Of a stretch of 29,783 bases of DNA, positions 7,702-13,863 are shown one piece after another. A program made the translations under genes and the position numbers. Source of the DNA: a virus. Its lineage: Duplodnaviria; Caudoviricetes. The DNA lies in IMG/VR virus record IMGVR_UViG_3300023116_000223, positions 1 to 29,783 of that record; one strand, 5' to 3'. Within the stretch, counting starts at the first letter, position 1. Each line of letters opens with the position of its first letter. The notes beneath the pieces are model-generated. The model was not told where the DNA came from. It did not search any database and saw only the letters and a program-made list of their open reading frames with translations.

Positions 7702-8126
7702 GACGTTGGCCATTGCTGTTGCTGCTGCTGGCTAATCCGGTGGCAGCTGTGCCGGTGGTTCCTAACTTCCGGTCAGGCACAACCTCTAGTCACACAGAAT
7801 CAACCACTCAGGTCACTGAGGTTATCCGCAGCGTTGATTTCGCTACGGGCTACACCTACAGCGCGTCGGGTTCTGGTATAAAGCACAGTGGCACAAGTAT
7901 TGCCCCAGGTGCAGAGGCCACACAGTCGCAAACTGTCAGCGGTGTTAATAGCACTTGGACTGGCCTGCAATTAGAAGACAAACCCGAATGGTCACTAATC
8001 ACCCCCGGCGCCAGTTTTCAATTCGTGGAAAGTTATTCCGGCCCAGGCATTCAGACGGTCACGGACATAACCCGAACCACCGTCGTAGAAAGCACCACCG
8101 ACACTACCTCTATCTTTGCGCAATAG
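7698..8126 (+). CDS. secreted Thr/Ser-rich beta protein
   Basis: Sec signal MRRWPLLLLLLANPVAA^VPVVPNF. Confidence 0.8.
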   Translation: MRRWPLLLLLLANPVAAVPVVPNFRSGTTSSHTESTTQVTEVIRSVDFATGYTYSASGSGIKHSGTSIAPGAEATQSQTVSGVNSTWTGLQLEDKPEWSLITPGASFQFVESYSGPGIQTVTDITRTTVVESTTDTTSIFAQ

Positions 8127-8827
8127 CCCTGTGGCCTAATCAGGCATTAGCGCAGGCCAATGCAACAGCAGCGCCAGTGGCCTCTAGTTCTGGCTCGGTG
8201 TCTAACCTCGCCGTGCAACAGCTGACAGGTGCCTGGCCTACAGCACGTTTTAGCCAAGGCATTCAATGCCAAGGGCCAACACTAAACTTTTCGCCGTTTG
8301 TTACTGCCGGCAAGTCTTATGCCCTGCCGTTTGAAAGCACGATAAGAACCCCGTATTACGATCCCACCGACGATGACGAAAACGGCGTACCGGACAACCC
8401 AGGAAACATCCTCTACACACAAGAGATCCCGAGCCGTCAGAAAAATAACCACAACTGGAATTGGGGCTTTGGCATCACGCTATCAATGCCGTTGGATGGT
8501 GGCATTCAAGAACGATGCAAGGCTGCGGCGGATACTGAAACCGCATTGCAGCGTCAGCTATTGGCTAACAAACGTTTGGACTTTGAGCTAAGCCGGTTGC
8601 GCCATTGTGGTGAGTTGGCACAAAAAGGAATTACGTTTAAGCCATCATCTCAATTTGCAATCATCTGCTCTGATGTGGCTTTAGTGCCGAAGCCTGGCCA
8701 GGTATTACCTCACCGGCATAGCATCACGGTTTCAAAGCCCGACGCAAAGCAAGTATTGCGCGGTTCCGGTCCCGCTGAACCAGTCGCCGCTCCCATACCG
8801 ATTCGACAGCAACCGTTTGCCCCCTAG
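7988..8827 (+). CDS. putative exported/outer-membrane protein with one TolC/OEP-like beta-hairpin plus helix (start uncertain)
   Basis: Signal-like RHYLYLCAIALWPNQALA^Q, then GPTLNFSPF...NWGFGITLSMPLDGG followed by a long helix. The nearest in-frame ATG is 7988. Confidence 0.6.
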   Translation: MVTNHPRRQFSIRGKLFRPRHSDGHGHNPNHRRRKHHRHYLYLCAIALWPNQALAQANATAAPVASSSGSVSNLAVQQLTGAWPTARFSQGIQCQGPTLNFSPFVTAGKSYALPFESTIRTPYYDPTDDDENGVPDNPGNILYTQEIPSRQKNNHNWNWGFGITLSMPLDGGIQERCKAAADTETALQRQLLANKRLDFELSRLRHCGELAQKGITFKPSSQFAIICSDVALVPKPGQVLPHRHSITVSKPDAKQVLRGSGPAEPVAAPIPIRQQPFAP

Positions 8828-9395
8828 CGGTCGCCAGCTTTTTCATCACCTTTTTTACGGTTGGTTTGATCGTTTTCAGGATCAGTTCAGCCAGAGGTTT
8901 TGCCACCAGCGCAGAAGTAGTGGCAACCACTGCAATAGTGGTGGTGGTGACAACGCTTCCCACATCTGGGAGCCCGTCGAGCGCCTGTTTGATAAATGGC
9001 GCCTCTGGTTGTGGTGGTGCTGTTGTCTGAGCTGGCGCCGCATCTGTTCTAGGTAATCTCGGGACTGTCGGTAATTGAGGGGTTGAGGGTTGTGAGTCCT
9101 CATCCTCATTTGAATTTGCCGGCGCCTTTGGTTCTGTAAATCTGAGTTCATTAGCGGTAAAGTCCATCGGCTCAAACGATGGGATCTGGCCCTCTGGGCA
9201 GGCGTAGCCAGTACGGGCAGGATCATCCCGCAGCAGGCTTGGATTCAGCTTTGCATCAGGGTGCACCGCCACACACCCTGGCATGTCAATAATTGGAAAG
9301 CCCAGCTCTAGCGTGACGCTCTGGGCCTGTGGGATGTTGTTGAGCGGCGGTATCTGCCGAACCTGAGGGATCCTGATAGACGGGATCTCAGGCAT
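8724..9395 (-). CDS. Pro-rich protein with C-terminal hydrophobic helix
   Basis: GFPIIDMPGCV..C motif, Pro/Gln linker, hydrophobic TTTIAVVATTSALVAKPL and a basic tail. It is coupled to the upstream gene by TGATG. Confidence 0.75.
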   Translation of the reverse strand: MPEIPSIRIPQVRQIPPLNNIPQAQSVTLELGFPIIDMPGCVAVHPDAKLNPSLLRDDPARTGYACPEGQIPSFEPMDFTANELRFTEPKAPANSNEDEDSQPSTPQLPTVPRLPRTDAAPAQTTAPPQPEAPFIKQALDGLPDVGSVVTTTTIAVVATTSALVAKPLAELILKTIKPTVKKVMKKLATARGQTVAVESVWERRLVQRDRNRAILALRRALKP

Positions 9396-9619
9396 CAGAA
9401 CGGCATAGCTGGGCCGGTAGCTTCAGGCAGCTTGGGCATCACATCTTTGATCTTGCCTTCTAGTTCGGCTTCGATGTGCTCAGTCACCTGGCCGCCGATG
9501 CGCTCCATGCTTTCGTCCATGAAGTTATCGAACTGCAGATAAGAGATCACCAGCGCTGCGGTCATGGAACCGCTGAGCAGAAAGCCGACAACGGCCATGG
9601 TGTCAATGATCTTGCGCAT
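9395..9619 (-). CDS. single-TM membrane protein
   Basis: From ATG 9619: MRKIIDTMAVVGFLLSGSMTAALVISYL...MPKLPEATGPAMPF. Confidence 0.75.
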   Translation of the reverse strand: MRKIIDTMAVVGFLLSGSMTAALVISYLQFDNFMDESMERIGGQVTEHIEAELEGKIKDVMPKLPEATGPAMPF

Positions 9620-9788
9620 TGAGAATTGCCTTTTCGTTGGCGTATGGCGGGACTGTAAGGAACTCGAAGGCATCCTGCACATAAGGCAGTAACCAATCAG
9701 GCGGCCAACAGTATTGCCAGTTATCAGGGTTGGCAAGGCAGGGCCAGACAACCACCCGCCAGAAGGCTGATAGGTAGTTGCTGGCCAC
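9603..9788 (-). CDS. small Trp/Cys-rich hydrophobic protein
   Basis: YLSAFWRVVVWPCLANPDNWQYCWPPDWLLP; fills the operon gap. Confidence 0.65.
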   Translation of the reverse strand: MASNYLSAFWRVVVWPCLANPDNWQYCWPPDWLLPYVQDAFEFLTVPPYANEKAILNAQDH

Positions 9789-9803
9789 AATTGCCTGATC
9801 AGA

Positions 9804-9821
9804 GGCCCGCCGAAGCAGGCC
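9804..9821 (-). terminator. C(UUCG)G stem-loop after the OMP gene (3' stabiliser or weak terminator)
   Basis: Minus strand GGCCTGC-TTCG-GCGGGCC, with no clear U-tract. Confidence 0.5.
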
Positions 9822-9831
9822 ATGCTGTCGC

Positions 9832-10191
9832 TCAGAACTTGTACTTAGAACCGAGCTTGAGGCCGTAGCTGTTGCTTTTGTCGCCAGTGGCCATGCTCAC
9901 CTCGGTGTAAAGGTTGAGTTTGCCGTCTTTGGTGACAGGAGCGCTCAGGCCAGTTTTGGCAGAGAACTGGTAATCAGTTGCTGCGCCTTCAGGGAACACA
10001 ACCTGGGGACCGCCTTGGATGTACCAAGGGCCAGCCTCATAGCCGACGTGAGCGTCAATGACGCCACCGCCAGAGGTTTGATTACCAGCAAAGCCAAGGT
10101 TGTATTCAGGGTTCACATAGAACCCATCAGCCATAGCGGCAGGTGCAGCAATTGCCATCAGAGCAATAGCAGCAGAAGCAGCCTTAATCAT
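9832..10191 (-). CDS. small outer-membrane beta-barrel protein (porin/Lom-OmpX-like)
   Basis: Signal MIKAASAAIALMAIAAPAAMA^D, alternating amphipathic strands (FYVNPEYN, HVGYE, WYIQGGP, LYTEVS) and a C-terminal BAM-type signal (LGSKYKF). Confidence 0.8.
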   Translation of the reverse strand: MIKAASAAIALMAIAAPAAMADGFYVNPEYNLGFAGNQTSGGGVIDAHVGYEAGPWYIQGGPQVVFPEGAATDYQFSAKTGLSAPVTKDGKLNLYTEVSMATGDKSNSYGLKLGSKYKF

Positions 10192-10224
10192 GAATGTTGG
10201 ATAACAACAACCAGGCAATTTTAC

Positions 10225-10386
10225 CTATGAATTGTCGTTATCCGGTTTAAAAACTGGATGCTCTAATGGATCCTTGCCAGTGCGTTCGATAGCAACAGCG
10301 CGGCGGTAATACCAGCAGTCTGTTTTACCCGCAGCTTCCAGCGCTTGTTTTACCTTGCGCCAGTTGTTGCGGGTGTGTCTATCCAT
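10225..10386 (-). CDS. small cyanophage-type hypothetical protein (53 aa)
   Basis: Translated by hand: MDRHTRNNWRKVKQALEAAGKTDCWYYRRAVAIERTGKDPL... It is coupled to the upstream gene by TAATG. Confidence 0.8.
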   Translation of the reverse strand: MDRHTRNNWRKVKQALEAAGKTDCWYYRRAVAIERTGKDPLEHPVFKPDNDNS

Positions 10387-10523
10387 TAGCCCTTACCTTG
10401 CCCCCGGTACTTCTTTTTATTCTTACGCGGCAGCGAGTTCTGACCGTTGCCCTGATGGCTTTTCTTCGGTTTTCCGGGCTTATGTTCAATGCGACCTAAT
10501 GCGGTCTTTGATTTAGCAGCCAT
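10386..10523 (-). CDS. small basic protein with KKYRGQG motif (45 aa)
   Basis: Translated by hand: MAAKSKTALGRIEHKPGKPKKSHQGNGQNSLPRKNKKKYRGQGKG, with TAATG overlaps. Confidence 0.8.
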   Translation of the reverse strand: MAAKSKTALGRIEHKPGKPKKSHQGNGQNSLPRKNKKKYRGQGKG

Positions 10524-11554
10524 TAGCCACCCATGTTGAGCAGAAGTTGAGCGCTAATCCTAGTGCTGCTTTCGACGTAGTACACCAGCACGTCAACCTT
10601 TCCGCTAGTGCTGGTTGCGGTCGGTGCAGTGCCGCCAGCGAACTTCCAGTAGGAGCCGAAGGCGACGGTATAACCGCCGTTGTAAGTGATTGCGATAGCA
10701 CCACTCTGGCCCGCTGTCAGGTTGGAAGGGTTAGCAATAGTGGTATTGGTTGAAAGGCTGATAGAGAAATTATTTGAGTTGGCAAAGTTTGGCGTGATCG
10801 TTGAAGCACTGCTTAAAGCATCAACCTGACCACGCTGGGCGAGCGTGAAAGTCTGCGCCGAAGTTAGCGAGGCCTTGTCGTTTAAGGTCGTCTGCAGTCC
10901 GTCGATATTGCTTACGACGTGGTTGTGGCTGTCATCAGCAACAGCCGCAGTAATAGTGATGTTGGCGCTGCCATTGAAAGAAGCAGAACCGCTTAAGTCA
11001 CCACCAAGCGCAATGGTCCTAGCCGTCTGCAGCGTCGTTGCAGTAGCCGCATTGCCGGTGCAGCTAGCCGAGCTACCGCTGGTGTTTTGATTGCCGGTGG
11101 TATTGACCCCTGGCAGGTTGATGTTTGCCGAGCCGTTGAACGACACGCCGCCAATAGTGCGAGCCGTCTGCAGCACAGTGGCGCTGGCAGCATTCCCGCT
11201 GGTGTTCTGATTACCTGCAGTGTTGACTCCTGGCAGGTTGATATTGGCAGAGCCATTAAATGACACGCCGCCAATCGTCCTGGCAGTTTGCAGCACGGTG
11301 GCGCTGGCCGCGTTACCAGTGCAGCTAGCAGAACTGCCCGTAACGCTGATGCCATAAGAACCCGACAACCGCCCAGATGGAACGGTGCCGGTGCTCAGAT
11401 TGCTGGCATTAGAGCCAACCTCTACAACGCTGCCACCATCTGTTTTGGTGAACAGGCCACCATCAGAGGTATTAACTAAAAGCTCAGCGGTTTGGCTGAA
11501 ATCACCTGAAGCGGGGTTGCTAGTCCCCCGCTTATGCCGAATGACGTTTGCCAT
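10523..11554 (-). CDS. fibre protein with internal 40-aa repeats
   Basis: Mtd_N/HylP-like N-terminus (IRHKRGT..AELLVNTSDGGLF), repeats of ATVLQTARTIGGVSFNGSANI, and a C-terminal domain paralogous to that of 16309..17085. Confidence 0.85.
   Translation of the reverse strand: MANVIRHKRGTSNPASGDFSQTAELLVNTSDGGLFTKTDGGSVVEVGSNASNLSTGTVPSGRLSGSYGISVTGSSASCTGNAASATVLQTARTIGGVSFNGSANINLPGVNTAGNQNTSGNAASATVLQTARTIGGVSFNGSANINLPGVNTTGNQNTSGSSASCTGNAATATTLQTARTIALGGDLSGSASFNGSANITITAAVADDSHNHVVSNIDGLQTTLNDKASLTSAQTFTLAQRGQVDALSSASTITPNFANSNNFSISLSTNTTIANPSNLTAGQSGAIAITYNGGYTVAFGSYWKFAGGTAPTATSTSGKVDVLVYYVESSTRISAQLLLNMGG
10955..11338 (-). repeat. tandem 120-bp (40-aa) coding repeat: two full units plus a degenerate third
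   Basis: The unit GNAASATVLQTARTIGGVSFNGSANINLPGVNT(A/T)GNQNTS starts at 11317 and 11197, with synonymous differences between copies. Confidence 0.9.
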
Positions 11555-11563
11555 TTAGTCACC

Positions 11564-12664
11564 TCAGAACGTGCCGCCATCGAAGGTGATTCCATCAATG
11601 GAACCGCCAGTGATGCTGACGCTATTTGAGTTCTGAGTGGCCATTGTGCCAAGGCCAAGGTTGGTGCGTGCACCTGACGAGCTATTAGAGCCGGTGCCGC
11701 CGTCTGCGACTGCGAGAACACCAGTAATACTGGAAGCGGCAAGGTCAACAGCGATCTCGCCACTTTCAATGACCAAGCCACCATTGGCTTTAAGGTCAAC
11801 GCTGAAAGTGGTAGAAGTCAGATCAAGACCATCACCAGCCGTGTAGGTGGTGTCGGTGTCCGTTGCGGCAATTGTGATGCTGCCAGCGCCGTTTGTGATG
11901 CTGACGTTTGAGCCAGCAGTAAGCGTGGCTTTGGCAAGCGTGTTGCCGGTGGTATTACCGATCAGCAGCTGGCCGTTGGTGTAGGTGGTCTGGCCGGTGC
12001 CACCTTTGTTGACTGCAATGGTGCTGGCGGACCAAGTACCAGAGGTCAGAGTCCCAACGCTGGTCAGGCTTGAACCCGTGACGCCAGAGCCCAAAGTGCT
12101 GCCGCTCAATACAGAGGTGCCGGCGATCTTGAACTCTTTGCCAGAGGCAAGGTCAATGTGCTCGGAGCTAGTCCAAGCATCAGTCGAATTAACCCAATTC
12201 CAAGTGTGGTCAGAGTCACCCTTAAGGGTCAAGCCGCCGCCGTCGGCTGAGGCATCAGACGGGCTTGCGGTAGAGCCCAGTTCGATATTTTTATCATCCA
12301 CCGAAACGGTGGTGCTGTTCACCGTCGTAGTGGTGCCGTTGACGGTCAGGTCACCAGTAACAACCAAGTTGTTGCTAAAGGTGGTGTTGCCGCTCAGGGT
12401 TGCGCCGCTGAGGTCAACCGTGCCGGTAAACGTCTTATTGCCGCTGATCGTTTGGGTGCCCGTCAGGCTGACGTAAGCACCGTCGCCACCGATAGCAACA
12501 ACGCTGGTAGCACTACCGCCAGCACCGCCAGTGCCATAGCCGTAGTACAAAATGCCATTACCGGCATCCGACTCGTTATACGCGAGTTCGGCATTCTCCA
12601 GTGAAGTAGGAGCGCCAGTACTGCCGCCAGACGCCCGGCGTTTGATGCGAAGGGTGTTGGCCAT
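11564..12664 (-). CDS. fibre protein
   Basis: Mtd_N-like N-terminus (LRIKRR..APTSLENAELAYNE), GDLTVNGTTTTVNSTT..DKNIEL, GGTG motifs, ARTNLGLG and a DGGTF end. Confidence 0.85.
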   Translation of the reverse strand: MANTLRIKRRASGGSTGAPTSLENAELAYNESDAGNGILYYGYGTGGAGGSATSVVAIGGDGAYVSLTGTQTISGNKTFTGTVDLSGATLSGNTTFSNNLVVTGDLTVNGTTTTVNSTTVSVDDKNIELGSTASPSDASADGGGLTLKGDSDHTWNWVNSTDAWTSSEHIDLASGKEFKIAGTSVLSGSTLGSGVTGSSLTSVGTLTSGTWSASTIAVNKGGTGQTTYTNGQLLIGNTTGNTLAKATLTAGSNVSITNGAGSITIAATDTDTTYTAGDGLDLTSTTFSVDLKANGGLVIESGEIAVDLAASSITGVLAVADGGTGSNSSSGARTNLGLGTMATQNSNSVSITGGSIDGITFDGGTF

Positions 12665-12667
12665 GGC

Positions 12668-12892
12668 TTAGAAATTGCCTCCGTCGGTGAGCGTGTCGGT
12701 AGTCCAGGTGTCGTCAGCAACAAAAGTGCCGGCGCTGGAGTCGTAGTAAATAATGCTCTTGTTCACTTTATCGGTGCTGGTCAGCTGGAAATTGCTTCCT
12801 GCTGCGCCTTGCGGACCTTGCGGACCTTGAGTAGCGATCTCAACCGTGTTGGTTCTGCCGCTGGTTTGAATCGTGACAGTGTTGCGGCTCAT
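12668..12892 (-). CDS. short fibre/adaptor protein with collagen-like triplets
   Basis: QGPQGPQGAAG and a DGGNF C-terminus. Confidence 0.75.
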   Translation of the reverse strand: MSRNTVTIQTSGRTNTVEIATQGPQGPQGAAGSNFQLTSTDKVNKSIIYYDSSAGTFVADDTWTTDTLTDGGNF

Positions 12893-13227
12893 CGCGTGTA
12901 CCCCTGGCTTACATAGATGGTGCCCTCTAGGTAATACTCTTTTAGGCCATCGGAATTGGTTAGCAACACGTCATAGCGCAACTCGGCAGGGAAATCGTCG
13001 GTGTCTTCATCAGACAGCGACAATTTCACCGTGCCGGCTGTGCGGTCGGTGTAGGTCACCGTGAAGTCCGCATATTTTGTGCTGCGGTCTTCATCCCAAG
13101 CCTGGGAGGCGACGGTCCAATCAGTCAGGTCGATGGCATCCCCATTGCTGTCTTTGAAAATCAAGACAAGCTCATGGTCTGCAGCTCTCTGCACTGAAAA
13201 GTTATAGATGCCAGGTTCAACGGCCAT
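12889..13227 (-). CDS. BppU-N-like fibre attachment/adaptor protein
   Basis: FKDSNGDAIDLTDWT, GTVKLSLS, YDVLLT...YYLEGTI; preceded by a GGAGG RBS. Confidence 0.7.
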   Translation of the reverse strand: MAVEPGIYNFSVQRAADHELVLIFKDSNGDAIDLTDWTVASQAWDEDRSTKYADFTVTYTDRTAGTVKLSLSDEDTDDFPAELRYDVLLTNSDGLKEYYLEGTIYVSQGYTR

Positions 13228-13261
13228 AAGTCACCTCCCAAAACCAGTTTAGGGAGCTGGT

Positions 13262-13825
13262 TTATTGCTCAGGCCAAGGCGTGATGAACGGTTCAGTGTT
13301 CGCAACCCTTGAATCAGTTGCCTCGTCGTACACCTCAGCCAGATTAGTCAGCAACGCTGCCAGCTCTTCGGTGGTGGTGCAGGCGTTGATTTCAGCCTCG
13401 CGGGTGCCGCTAGTGGTGCGGACTGCTTCGCGGTAAGCCAAGACATCAGCCGGAATGGCGGCGCCAGTTTCAGCCTTGCGGGTGACGTACCAGTCAGTAG
13501 GTGCCAGCAGGCTGCCAGCGATTTGCTTTTGCTGGGCAACCCACTCAGTCTTCAGACCTTTGTTGATGATCTGAACGCCATCAGCATCCAGCACTGGGTC
13601 GCCGTCTGGATCAACAGCAGGCTCATCTTCAAGCCGCTTGGGGAGATCGTGGTCCCAGTAGAAGCGGTTATCAACCGGAGCAGGATCTGCTTCCCAGGTA
13701 ATGCCGATTGCAGCCTTTTCATCCTCGCTGGCAAGGCGCAGCCAGTTAGACGGGTACTGCGTACCGTCTGCGTCAGTGAAGGGGCGACCAACCGCAAGAG
13801 GCTGACCGTTGATTAGAAATCCCAT
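13262..13825 (-). CDS. tail-fibre assembly chaperone-like protein
   Basis: QYPSNWLRL and LLAPTDWYVTRKAE...YREAVR; follows the large receptor-binding gene. Confidence 0.7.
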   Translation of the reverse strand: MGFLINGQPLAVGRPFTDADGTQYPSNWLRLASEDEKAAIGITWEADPAPVDNRFYWDHDLPKRLEDEPAVDPDGDPVLDADGVQIINKGLKTEWVAQQKQIAGSLLAPTDWYVTRKAETGAAIPADVLAYREAVRTTSGTREAEINACTTTEELAALLTNLAEVYDEATDSRVANTEPFITPWPEQ

Positions 13826-13863
13826 GGCTAGATAGTAGCGGTGGTGTGTGCCCGTTTCATAGG

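Noticed and set aside
10955-11338. CRISPR-like array
   Set aside because: These are in-frame coding repeats with synonymous variation and no unique spacers.
11985-12476. Long antisense ORFs (also 496..918, 1773..2294, 23011..23430, 25771..26121 and others)
   Set aside because: They are shadows of well-supported genes on the opposite strand and carry no recognisable motifs.
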